A DNA stretch of 55,866 nt from Macrostomum lignano. Taxonomy: Eukaryota. A program made the position numbers and the translations under genes. Every line of letters begins with the position of its first letter. The stretch's first letter is position 1. Below are positions 10,933 to 22,660 of the stretch, piece after piece. Below the pieces are notes generated by a model. It did not search any database, was not told the origin of the DNA, and was given only the letters and a program-made list of their open reading frames with translations. The DNA lies in assembly GCA_002269645.1 (NCBI GenBank), contig NIVC01004191.1, forward strand, positions 1 to 55,866, read 5' to 3'.

Positions 10933-11899
10933 CTTCGGGTGTGTCATAAGTAATGTCACTGCAGGCCTCTGTCTAAAATATGTAGGCACATGGATTTGTG
11001 GGTAGTGTAGCTGCAAAGTATACTTAGTGAAGCAATAGCAGTGCATTTGAGACGTGCATAGGTTGTTTATGGCCCAAGCTATCGCAAGAATACGCCAAGC
11101 AGATTTAGCAAGTGCAACGCGATGAAAAATCGTCTATGCAGCGAACAAAAATAACCATGAATCTCGACAAGACGCCTGCACCAAGCAGATCCGCAAGGTG
11201 TTTAGCAGCCGGGGCTTGAATGACATCCTAAACTGCCTGGTTGCTGAGGATGAAAGCTGGCTCCACCTGGATGGCAAGGGCAGCAAGGCAGACAATCGCT
11301 GCTGGTTGGGAGCTGGGGTCTGCTGCCGACCGTGACCACGAGGTCCGTCTCGGACAAGAAGACCATGCTGCTGGTGGCCTTTACGCCAAACAAAGATGTC
11401 TCATCGAGGGTTAAACGTCAAGTTCGATTGTCAGTAGTTTTTATCCGCTTTTTCCCGGCACACTGGGGTCCTTTGGCGCACTCTTCGGTCAAATTCCATG
11501 TCTCCTGGACGAGGTTCTGTGGCAGGTGGACACCGCACGGTCGCACACCTGTAAGGCTGTTTCGGATTTTCTACCTGCACGGCGAGTGAATCTGCTCTGA
11601 CAGAGTCCCTACAGCCCGGACCTCAACTTGTGCGACAGATTTCTGTTCCAATGACTAAAGGCTGACTTTTCCAAGAGGAGTTTCGCAAATCATGAAGAGG
11701 TTAAACAGGCCGCGTTGCACTGGTTATGGCTGTTGGATTAAAAACACCTGCAGGCTGAGGTGGACAAGCTATATGAGCACTGCCAGAGGGTGATTGATAT
11801 TGGGGGACTCTATATTGTTGAGTGGTACAGTTTTGTTTATCTGCGATTGCAAGTTCGTCTGTTTTCACATCAGTGACATAACTTTTGACACACCCGAAG
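10933..11899 (+). mobile_element. Mariner-type transposon, degenerate and internally deleted (967 bp)
   Basis: 29-bp TIRs (CTTCGGGTGTGTCATAAGTAATGTCACTG, 2 mismatches), TA flanks on both sides, remnants DESWLH, VDTARSHT and PYSPDLNLCD. Confidence 0.9.
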
Positions 11900-13083
11900 T
11901 ACCTAATGCACTACAAAGAACAATTATAAAAAATAAAAAAACTCAAAGAGCTACGCTTGAAATTAATGAAGTTCATTAAAGTAAGGGTGTATATAGCAAA
12001 CGAGAGGGTGAGTTTGCAGGTATTCTGACCTGCGTTTACTGTGAACGACAGGAAAGTCCAAATAAGCTGAAATTTCAGCCAAAATTCCTTGCACATTTGC
12101 TCAGCTAAATGGTAAAACTACAAAACAATTTGACATTTTAAGTAGTAAAAACTTGATAATACTTTTAAACTCCAGGCTCGATTCCATTAATTAGGGGCTA
12201 AATTGGAATCTCGGCTTGGCTCTGCTCGTGCAATTAACGGTGTTGAGAGCCAACCCCACAAGGCACAGTGAAGTGTACATGCCTTGAAAATGACAGATAA
12301 AGTTAGGTCATGTGCGTATAACTGCGTACGTATCCGTGCGCTTGTGTGCCTGCTCAGGGGAGTCGGCGGAATGGGCAGTAATGCCATTTACTCAGGATGT
12401 CAAATCATTCTTGGCATGGCTTCGGACATTCCCGTCGCTCACAGTAAACAAAGTACCCTTCGTAATTATTTCGTACTTATTAAGTCATGTTACTTTACAA
12501 TGTTTATATTAACACGGAAGCTAGCCCGTTAAAAAAAAGGACAACAATAAAAGCTGCAGAGAAACGCGAATGATAATTAATAAAAAAACCTGGAATAGAC
12601 AAACAACACGGGAAGAAACTGATATTTAAATAACGCTTAGCAAAATATCAATATCAAAACAGGACAATCAAACGTGTCAAAATAGAAGTGCACAACTCCA
12701 AGCTTTAAACTGTCTTTTTAACCAGTGTGTCGCTAATAGCTTAAAACTTTAAACACAGAAAACAACAATGTAATTAATAGAGCTGACGATGGTTTTTTTC
12801 ATTTACAATGGAAACGGTTTTAGAGAATGAAAATTCTCTTTAAAAAAGCTACAATTATAGTCTGGAATAACAACAAAACAAACCGAAAACACACAGAGCG
12901 GTTTTATAATGTGTTCTAAAAACCTTTGGCGCTTTCAAATGAGTATTGAATCATCAAAAGGATTATCAAACAACTGATTGACACTTAGAAATAAAAAATG
13001 TAGAACTTGAGTACATGAGAAACTCAAATAATTCGATTTCAAATTTATGGTTGAGAAAAAATTACAGTCGAGTAGTAGAAATT

Positions 13084-16000
13084 CTACACTGCAACAACGG
13101 AGACGCTGTTGACAGACTCCGGCTGGTCAAACATTGGCGTTTGCGGCGGCAGCGGCGGCCCAGGCAGGTTGGCCAGTCGCACCAGGAAGTTGCGCCATTC
13201 AATTTCATCGTCAGGAACAGACAGCACAAACCGGTTGGCTTGTTGCCAGTTCACTCGCGACTGGGCCTTTTCGGTCAGGTCCACGCCTTCGTCCATGAGC
13301 ATGAGCACTTCGCAGCGTGGCTGACCGAAACAGGCCTTCAGCATGCGGCTCTCTAGACTGCTTGACTGGTCCAATTTGGCAGCCATGTCTGCGCCAATGA
13401 AGAATACCACGGCTCGGACTGAGGGCTGTGGGATTTCAGTGGGCGTCAGGTGAGGTTATGTAGGTGTCAGGTGAGTTCAGGTAGGTGTCAGGTGAGTTTC
13501 AGTAGGTTTCAGCGTGTCAGGTGAGGTTATGTAGGTGTCAGGTGAGTTTCAGTAGGTTTCAGGTGAGTTTAGCAGGTAGGTGTCAGGTGAGTTTCAGCAG
13601 GTTTCAGGTGAGTTTAGGTAGGTGTCAGGTGAGTTTCAGCAGGTTTCAGGTGAGTTTAGGTAGGTGTCAGGTGGGTGTCAGATGCGTCAAATGACTGTCA
13701 GGTGTCAGTAAATGTCAGATCAGCTCACATTATTGAGCTGCTCATTGGCGAACAGTGTCATTAGATTCTCGTCGCTGCCAAAATGCTGAGCCCTGGTGCA
13801 CTCGTCAGCGCAGTAGGGTGCCACGTACACCTGGTAATCGGCCAGGTTGACGGCCTCGGCGCGGTCCTGCTGAAACATGCAGATGAGGCGGCTCAAGTTG
13901 GTGCTCGGCTGACCGCCCGGGTATTCGTCAACAACCAGCACAGAGGAGCGCAGTCTGAGCACGAATTGCATAGCAACAGAGCTGGGACCGACGCCAGTCA
14001 TTCGGGCATTATTGGCCGGGTTGCACTGCTGCATGAGGCCGCGGAGGAAGCTGCGGATGAAGCCGGGCGGGCTGGGCTCCGCTGTCAGGGCGGGCTGGCC
14101 CAAGCAGAATGCGATGAGCTGGCCAAGGCGAAGCAGCTGGAAGCCGTCGCGAGGCTCCAGAATCGAGCGCAGGACCTCCTCAATTCTGCGGTCCCTGACC
14201 CGATCCAGGGCGGTGCGGAGAATCTCCGACTGCGGGTGGAGCAGAGGTGGGGGACAGAGTGAATTTGTGTCTGGTGGGTCACTCTATGCATGTGTCTGGT
14301 GTGTCACTCTATGCATGTGTCTGGTGGGTCACTCTATGCATGTGTCTGATGGGTCACTCTATGCATGTGTCTGGTGGGTCACTCTATGCATGTGTCTGGT
14401 GTGTCACTCTATGCATGTGTCTGGTGTGTCACTCTATGCATGTGTCTGGTGTGTCACTCTATGCATGTGTCTGGTGTGTCACTCTATGCATGTGTCTGGT
14501 GTGTCACTCTATGCATGTGTCTGGTGTGTCACTCTATGCATGTGTCTGGTGTGTCACTCTATGCATGTGTCTGGTGTGTCACTCTATGCATGTGTCTGGT
14601 GTGTCACTCTATGCATGTGTCTGGTGGGTCACTATATGCATGTGTCTGGTGTGTCACTCTATGCATGTGTCTGGTGTGTCACTCTATGCATGTGTCTGGT
14701 GGGTCACTCTATCCATGTGTCTGGTGGGTCACTCTATGCATGTGTCTGGTGGGTCACTCTATGCATGTGTCTGGTGTGTCACTCTATGCATGTGTCTGGT
14801 GTGTCACTCTATGCATGTGTCTGGTGTGTCACTCTATGCATGTGTCTGGTGTGTCACTCTATGCATGTGTCTGGTGTGTCACTCTATGCATGTGTCTGGT
14901 GTGTCACTCTATGCATGTGTCTGGTGGGTCACTCTATGCATGTGTCTGGTGGGTCACTCTATGCATGTCTGGTGTGTCACTCTATGCATGTGTCTGGTGT
15001 GTCTCTATGCATGTGTCTGGTGTGTCTCTATGCATGTGTCTGGTGGGTCACTCTATGCATGTGTCTGGTGGGTCACTCTATGCATGTCTGGTGTGTCACT
15101 CTATGCATGTGTCTGGTGTGTCACTCTATGCATGTCTGGTGTGTCACTCTATGCATGTGTCTGGTGTGTCACTCTATGCATGTGTCTGGTGTGTCACTCT
15201 GTGTTTTTTTGTGTCTGGTGTGTCACTCTGTGCTTTTTGTGTCTGGTGTGTCACTCTATGTATGTGGCTGGTGTGTCACTCTATGCATTTGTGTCTGGTG
15301 TCACTCTATGCTTTTTGTGTCTGGTGTCACTGTGCATTTGTGGATAGCTGCCGATCTGGGAGGGTTGCAGACTGACTCACTGTAGTCCTATACTGGTCCA
15401 GCTGGGTCAGCCCCGCGAGCTGCAGCAGACCCGAGTAGCCCCTGATGACGTTGCCCCGGTCAGCATCCCCCATTTTTTCGATGTAGCCATCAACCAGATG
15501 TCTGCGAGGCTGGAACGTGTCCGAGTTGAACAGGTCAAAGTTGGACAGCAGCAGGCTGCAGTGCAAGTCCCTCGTCAGCGTCTGGGCTGTTACAAAGCTC
15601 CCCGGCTGCAGGTAGCGCCGAAGGCTGTCGCTGCGAGTCACCCGGAACAAGTCTGTGATGCTCTGTCGCAACTCACGGTAGCGATCATCCTCAGCCATTG
15701 TGGTCATGAGCCTGCTCACGGTCACCTGTTGGAGAGGAGGGTTCAGCAGCCCTGCTTTCAGCAACAGATATTGATGAGGGACTGGCTGCCCAATTCACCC
15801 CATCCTGATGAGCTGGCTGCCCCATTCACCCCATCCTAATGAGCTGACTGCCCCATTCACCCCATCCTGATAGACTGGCTGCCCCATTCACCCCATCCTG
15901 GTGAGCTGACTGCCCTATTCACCCCATCCTGGTGAGCTGACTGCCCTATTCACCCCATCCTGGTGAGCTGACTGCCCCATTCACCCCATCCTGATAGACT

Positions 16001-17029
16001 GGCTGCCCCATTCACCCCATCCTGGTGAGCTGACTGCCCCATTCACCCCATCCTGGTGAGCTGACTGCCCCATTCACCCCATCCTGATAGACTGGCTGCC
16101 CCATTCACCCCATCCTGGTGAGCTGACTGCCCCATTCACCCCATCCTGGTGAGCTGACTGCCCCATTCACCCCATCCTGATAGACTGGCTGCCCCATTCA
16201 CCCCATCCTGGTGAGCTGACTGCCCCATTCACCCCATCCTGGTGAGCTGACTGCCCCATTCACCCCATCCTGGTGAGCTGACTGCCCCATTCACCCCATC
16301 CTGATAGACTGGCTGCCCCATTCACCCCATCCTGGTGAGCTGACTGCCCCATTCACGCCATCCTGGTGAGCTGACTGCCCCATTCACCCCATCCTGAATC
16401 CTGATAGACTGGCTGCCCCATTCACCCCATCCTGGTGAGCTGACTGCCCCATTCACCCCATCCTGATAGACTGGCTGCCCCATTCACCCCATCCTGATAG
16501 ACTGGCTGCCCCATTCACCCCATCCTGATAGACTGGCTGCCCCATTCACCCCATCCTGGTGAGCTGACTGCCCCATTCACCCCATCCTGATAGACTGGCT
16601 GCCCCATTCACCCCATCCTGGTGAGCTGACTGCCCCATTCACCCCATCCTGATAGACTGGCTGCCCCATTCACCCCATCCTGTTGAGCTGACTGCCTCAT
16701 TCACTCCTAATTTCATTCTTTCAGCAAATACTACAATATATACCTACCTGACTACTTTCAAAAATCCGGAAGAGAAACTCGTCAATGCTGGCAAAAGCAG
16801 ACTGATCCAACAGCTGCTTCTCAAGAACAAAATCCAGTTTAGCAATATCATCAATGCACAGCTGTTTGAAGCAATTAGAGAAACGTTCCAGGGCAGCGTG
16901 AGCAGTGCTGCTAAATTTATAGTAGCCTATCAAGACATCATCATAATCATATGATGTTATGGCACTAGGATGCTGTTGCAGATCTTGCGAGTCTTTCAGC
17001 AGTGGCTCATGCAAATTTTTGTCACTCAT
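13084..17029 (-). CDS. 4-exon orphan gene, 489 aa (exons 17029-16748, 15725-15381, 14229-13729, 13425-13084); putative C-terminal TIR/SEFIR-like fold, possible N-terminal death-fold
   Basis: All three introns are GT-AG and phase 0, and the joined 1470 nt is open. The C-terminus shows beta/alpha alternation (SVLVVDEY; YQVYVAPY; NEQLNNPSVRAVVFFIG; CEVLMLMD; VPDDEIEWRNFLVRLANL). Confidence refers to the gene model; the domain call is weaker (~0.35). Confidence 0.75.
13445..13720. repeat. Intronic minisatellite, ~20-21-bp unit (GTGTCAGGTGAGTTTCAGTAG variants)
   Basis: Tandem copies directly visible; fills intron 3 of the TIR-like gene. Confidence 0.85.
14267..15330. repeat. Intronic minisatellite, 25-bp unit TGTGTCTGGTG(T/G)GTCACTCTATGCA, ~40 copies
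   Basis: Tandem array; explains the spurious 25-aa periodic ORFs at 14012-15385. Confidence 0.97.
15781..16710. repeat. Intronic minisatellite, 31-bp unit CTGCCCCATTCACCCCATCCTG + (GTGAGCTGA or ATAGACTGG), ~30 copies
   Basis: Tandem array with two interspersed unit variants. Confidence 0.97.
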
Positions 17030-17888
17030 TCTGGCCTGGGCACATGCAAAAAATATGAACCATTATAGAGCCATACATTTTCAGTTTGGTTATATTTAAA
17101 GTAGCACTAAAATGCTAAAAAAACATAAGCAAACATTTCTTTTGGTATAAGCTTAGTATCAAGGATGACTATTAGTAGATCATGGCTCTGCATAACTTAA
17201 ACTACTGTTAGCTGGGCAAAACATCATTTCTTTCCTCGAAAATAACTGTCTTTTTGGCTTAAAAGAACTAGTACCAACAACAATATAATACAAATAAACT
17301 GATGCAATTTAAGTGAAATTGATCACTAAGATTTAATTGATACTATTATTATGATAAATGTCAATATTAAGATAACTAGTTAATTGGAAAAATATTTTTT
17401 ATTTTAAAAAATATACTTTGTTTAAAACTCACTTTAAGTTTTTCAAATATTGGTTTTTTATTTCTATAACTTATATAATAAAAATAATTGAATATTTAAA
17501 AAAGATTAGGAATTACATTCATGACAGCTATTGTTTCAACTATAAGTAGAAAAAAATTTCCAAAAATATATCCAAAAATCATACTCTATATATCAATATT
17601 ATTAAATATATCATTTATTAAAACAATTAGAATTCTCTTATCTTGGTTGCTAATACCTAAGGACAAAATAAGTTTGAACTTTGTTAACTAAATGATTCTT
17701 TAAGAGATACATATGAAAAATGGAGGCTAATAAAATAAACATAAAAGCTACTTTATGTAAAATATTTATTAAGCATAAGAATGCTATAAGTAATAAAGTA
17801 TACTACTAGTCAAGAAAACTACTATGATATATTCTTATTGTTATATTTATACTCATATTTATCAATATTTTAAACATTATAGATTATA

Positions 17889-19191
17889 GGAGGGCTGAGC
17901 AATAAGTTTCCAGATGTGTTTCCAGAGAGGCAGCTGACAAAATCTGACACCATAGGTGTCAAGTACATTATATAAGTACAATGTTTGTAAAGTTTTAGAC
18001 ATACTGGTCATATATAGCCAGTGCAGCACCCAAACCAAGCTAGCATACCCACCCTATCTATCAAATTCACAATGGAGCTCAATAGGAGTCATTTTAGAGC
18101 AATTATTTATTACCATTTTAAAAGTGGTTTGCAGCAGCAAAAAAGTCTTGAGCAATTGCAAGGAGCTTTTGGGGATGAAGCACCATCTAGATCCACCATT
18201 TTTACTGGTTTGCTAAATTTTGATGCGGCAGGCAGAGTCTAGATAATGAGGAGTGCAGCAGCTAGCCTGTCTCCACAACAACTGAGGATAATGTTGCTAC
18301 TGTCTGGGCCATGGTTGAGGATGATGCCCAAGTGACTGTGGCCTAGATAGAGGCAGAGGTGGGCATTTCATCAGGATCCACCAGGACAATCCTGCATTCA
18401 CAGCTCAACCTGAGCAAGATTTCTGCATGCTGCATGCCTCATTAGCTGACTCCGAAGCAAAAGGAGGCTCGGGTGACCTAGTGCCACACTATGCTTGACA
18501 GATTCAACGGAGGCAGCTCAAACTTGGTCTGGGATATTGTCAGTGGTGACAAGTCCTGGATCTATAGTTTTGACCTGGAGACTAAGTAGCAGTTGGCCCA
18601 GTGGACTCCAGTTAGTGGCACCCTACTATCCAAGCTTTGGTGAGAGCACAGCGTGGCAAAGCAGATGGTGGCCATTTTTGTAGCAAAAACTGGTCATCTA
18701 GCCATGGTTACACTCATGCAGCAGTGCACAGTCACCAGTGATCAGTACACCAACATTTGCTTGCCAGAAGTGCTGAGCATTCTCTCTAGGCGTTGCCCAA
18801 AGACTCAAGCTTGGGGAATCCTTCTCTATCACAATGCCCCAGCCCACAAGGCTCGACAGGTGGCAGAGTTCCTGGCTGGAGAGTGCATTTAAGAGCTTGG
18901 TCATCCACCCTACAGCCCCAACCTGGCCCCGTGCGACTTTTTGTGTTTCCACAAATCAAGCGCAGGATGCGTGGAATCCACTATGGATCACCAGAAGCTG
19001 CAGTGGAGGCCTTCATCTAGCATGTGGAGGAGGTGCCTGCTTCAGATTGGTTCAGCTACTTTAGCAAGTGGTTTGAGCACATGAAAATTTGCATTGAATC
19101 TGCTGGAGAGTACTTTGAAAAGATGTAACTGCTTTTTTCTTTCTAACTATTTCTGTCTGCGCACATCCAGAAACTTATTGCTCAGCAGTCA
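17889..19191 (+). mobile_element. Full-length (~1.3 kb) degenerate mariner transposon
   Basis: TIR core GCTGAGCAATAAGTTTC at both ends with TA flanks. Transposase remnants MELNRSHFRAIIYYHFKSG, CMPH*LT (WVPH-like), IVSGDKSWIYSFD, HNAPAH and PPYSPNLAPCDF. Confidence 0.9.
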
Positions 19192-19927
19192 TAGAAGACT
19201 AGAATCTCATTTTTGGAATGGTATTATAAGGACTAGCAAATTTTATGACATTTTATTTTATAGATTTACATTAATAGACTAATGTCTAAACTATCAAAGT
19301 CACCAAAACATTATTTATACTAGAGGCATGTACTAAATGCTTATTTTTTATAAACAAATTAGGACAATATTGATCAAATTTTAGTTTTTTATGGCATTCT
19401 CTTAGTATTCAATTAATTCAACAATTATACAATTGCTCCTTTTAAATGCTTATCTTAATGAACATATTTATCTCAAAATACAATCATGGGAAAAGGTGAT
19501 CAACATTTATAGAATTATGTTGGTTACCCAACAAACATATTTAAGTATATATCCAAAAGATCATTATTATTAATATATTGTATAGTAAAGTCTACAATTT
19601 TTGAAAAAGTAAAATATAATTGTTTTGAATGTCTATCTAAATATCCATTAGGAATTCTACCTAGATTTCAATCATCAATAGCATGATTTGCAGACTAGCT
19701 TGGTGATAGGCCTAATTGTACATATTAGCCAAGCCTAACCAAATAGTAATTGCTAGAGTTCAAGCACAAGTACCCAAATTTCCTTATGCCTATGGATCTG
19801 GCAGAGTCAGCAGCATTGTTAGATAAAAATGTAATGGTTTTATTCTTTGCCCTTGTTCCCTGGCAGTTATTGAAATGTTATAGTAGCATTGAACTGGCAC
19901 TCTGGGCCTATGGCTGAAGGCCATCTT

Positions 19928-21045
19928 CTACCTATCTTCTGGCTTGTGGTAGTCAATCATCAGCTGCAGGTCTCTATTCTTCTTCTGCATGTACACTAGG
20001 GGTACCACACACAGGCTGTCTGACTCTTCGATGATATCCTTGTTGAGCAGCTCCTGGATCAACTTGTTCACCTTGGGCTCCCAGTGCACTAGCAGCTTCC
20101 TTGGTATTGTCTGCACAGGGATGCTATGCTTATGACAATCTGGCAATCTGACCTAGCTGCCTTGAGAAGATTTTGCTGAAATTGTGCACTAGGGCTTAGA
20201 TGTCCAGGTCCTTTATAATAGGCAGGTCAACCTCTTCATTGCTAAACTCTAGCACCAGCCTCTATTTGAGTTCCTCCAGCTAGCTGTTAGCATTGAGGTG
20301 GCCTATGCCATCCATTGTACACAAGCTCCTTCCTTGGTCATGCTTGGCTGTAACCTAGAGATTCACCTGGCTGTTTCTATTGGCAACATATACACATAAG
20401 TTGCTATTGGACAGAATAGCAGTCATGTGACTACTCTCAGCCAATAGCAACTTACATGTATGTGTTGCCAATAGAAACAGCCAAGGGAATCCCAAGGATG
20501 CGCATGTATGTCCTTGGTGGTGCCTCTGTGCAGTCACTGAAGTCCAGGCACATTTTGCAGGCCTTGATAAAGTCTAGCCCAGTGATGACAATGGCTACCA
20601 GGCCTTCCAACATATAGAATGGATGCCACCACTTGATGCCACCAAGCAACAATGCTAGGCTGGCCACTTGCTATACGGGTACCACTTGCTAGTTGACTGC
20701 CCATAGCTCCAAGTGCACACTCTCTAGCTGAACTGGCTGCATGCTTTGTAGGACCCACTTGTCTACAATTGATACCTGGCTGCCAGAGTTGATCAGCACT
20801 ATGATGTCTACACCTCCAATCTTGCACTGCAAATTGGATATCAATGGGTTTAGCCTTGTGACAACAGCTGCTACGCTGCTACTGGCTACACCTGCACTAT
20901 TCCCATAAGCACCCCAGAACAATCTGCTCACACTAGGGCCCACATTCAGAATGGGCCAAGGGTATAGGCTTCACCCCAGCCTATGCCATTTCCCAACAGG
21001 CACAGCTACTTGCAGTTCCTGGCAATATGGCCATGGTGGTTATAC
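19928..21045 (-). mobile_element. Heavily decayed Ty3/Gypsy LTR-retrotransposon internal fragment (gag knuckle - protease - RT start)
   Basis: GHIARNC; IGGVDIIVLINSGSQVSIV (degenerate DSG protease); IPRKLL...IIEESDS...PLVYMQKK...MIDYHK (RT N-terminus). Confidence 0.8.
20354..20497. mobile_element. Palindromic MITE-like element inserted in the Gypsy remnant; a second copy is split at ~21463-21477 + 22661-22771
   Basis: Long imperfect IR (TGGCTGTTTCTATTGGCAAC...GTTGCCAATAGAAACAGCCA) around a central AGTCA(C/T)GTGACT palindrome. Confidence 0.75.
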
Positions 21046-21477
21046 TAGTATATATCTTATATTGTAATCTTAGTTTTTCACTTAAATTATTTGCAAAAGC
21101 AAAAAAAATTAAATATAGACCTAATTGTGGATATATATGCTTTGCTTACACTAGGCTAGTATAAAAAATATTAATCCAGATATAAGAAAAGGCTACTAGT
21201 CATTTTGGTGACAAGACATTTTGGCAACCATTTTAAGACAAATAACTTTTTTGGCAATAGTAATTTCAGTAAAAAGCCTACAATATGAATCAATGAATGT
21301 ATAAATAAGGTCTTAGTCTTGATTTATGAACAATATATTTGAATTGTATTTAATTTATTTCAAAGATAAAACAAACTATAAAAAGGTCACTGATAATTTT
21401 TATTATAACAATAACAACTGCCTAAATAGCATAGTCCTCATACTATGAAAACACATGGATGAAAACACACATGTAAG

Positions 21478-22660
21478 CAGTGTTGGGCAAGTTACTCAAA
21501 AAAAGTAACTTGCGTTACTGTAACTTAAGTTACCACTTTTTAAAAAGTAACTTACGTTAGCCTAGTAACTTTGAACAAAAACCCGGTAACTTTTAAGTTA
21601 CTTCCGTTACTTACTTCCGTTACCTATGTTATAAACAAAATTTTCTGCTTTTTTAACATTGCAAATGTGCTGGAACAGCACAAATGATCGCGAAAGCCAG
21701 AAGGAAAAATACAACAAAATTAATTTCAGTAACTGTATTAAATTTTAATCACTTTAGGCCCTTTCCGTAAAAAGAAGAGAAGCTGAAGGTCAGAAACGTT
21801 AAAGGCAAAACGCAATTTAATTTTTAATAACATTATAAGTTATAATACACAAGGACAACTTAACGTAACTTCAGTTGTCCTTGATAATACATCGCTCGTA
21901 ATAAGTACCTGGCTTTACTCCACTCTACAGTCTGCTTTACTAGTCTTTTTATTTTCAATTATTTGAAATTTTTTTCAATTTTTTCAATTATTTTTCAATT
22001 CATTAATATTAAATTATTGTGCAGTGCAGTGCAGTGCCAGTGGACTTTAGTGGTGTAGCCAGGGAGGCCGCCTTAACAATCGTTGGGGCGGCAACTTCAC
22101 CCCACCTGCAAGACACCCCACCAGGGGGGGTGGGGTTGGGCGTGGCGGGTGCATGAGGCATGGCCAGCCAGGCCCACCCCCCCCCCCCCCCCCCCCCCCC
22201 AATTAAAATTCCTGGCTACGTCGATCACTGAGTGGATTTGTGGAGACTACAGATGAATTTCTTTCTTTGGTTGTTTGTTTCTAAGAACTAAACAAAATAT
22301 TTTTATTAACTTAAAAACGAAAAGCAAAAATATTTTACCGAAAATAACAAAGTAAAAACATGTTTCAAGTATTTCTTTATTAATTACAGCGTAATACCGT
22401 ATGATATTATTCACTTAGTTTTGAATTTAAGAATGAAAAATGCTAAAAATGTGACAACTGGCGTAATAGCTAAGCATATCAGTTTTAAATTTAAATATTG
22501 CGATTGTTGCAAAGTAACTGTAACGGACTTCCGAAATTTGAGTAACTTACCGTTACTCCGTTACCAAAATAGGAAAGTAACTTGCGTAAGGAACGCTTTA
22601 CGAAAAAGTAACTTGCGTTACCATTTACAAGTTACTCGGTAACGGAAGTGCCCAACACTG
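21478..22660. mobile_element. Non-autonomous hAT-type element (1183 bp)
   Basis: 12-bp TIR CAGTGTTGGGCA, perfect 8-bp TSD CATGTAAG (21470-21477 and 22661-22668), dense subterminal GTAAC/GTTAC repeats. Confidence 0.92.
22047..22230. mobile_element. Small hAT-like MITE nested in the hAT element
   Basis: Ends TAGTGGTGTAGCCAGG / CCTGGCTACGTCGATCACTG, near-TSD AGTGGACT / AGTGGATT, internal poly-C. Confidence 0.6.

Noticed and set aside
12187-12450. QLYAHDL resembling a non-LTR RT YADD motif
   Set aside because: Flanking RT motifs are not convincingly present; too short to support a call.
14100-14170. ILEPRDGFQLLRL resembling a Bcl-2 BH1 motif in the TIR-like gene
   Set aside because: Lacks the NWGR core; similarity too weak.
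13783-14262. Plus-strand 159-aa ORF (also 15498-15839 and 13015-13356)
   Set aside because: Antisense shadows of GC-rich exons of the minus-strand gene.
14012-15385. Long Cys/Val/His-rich ORFs (457, 366 and 336 aa)
   Set aside because: Translations of a 25-bp minisatellite inside an intron of the minus-strand gene; periodic in all frames.
13445-16710. Repeat arrays as possible CRISPR loci
   Set aside because: Head-to-tail tandem units with no unique spacers, no cas genes, and a eukaryotic context.
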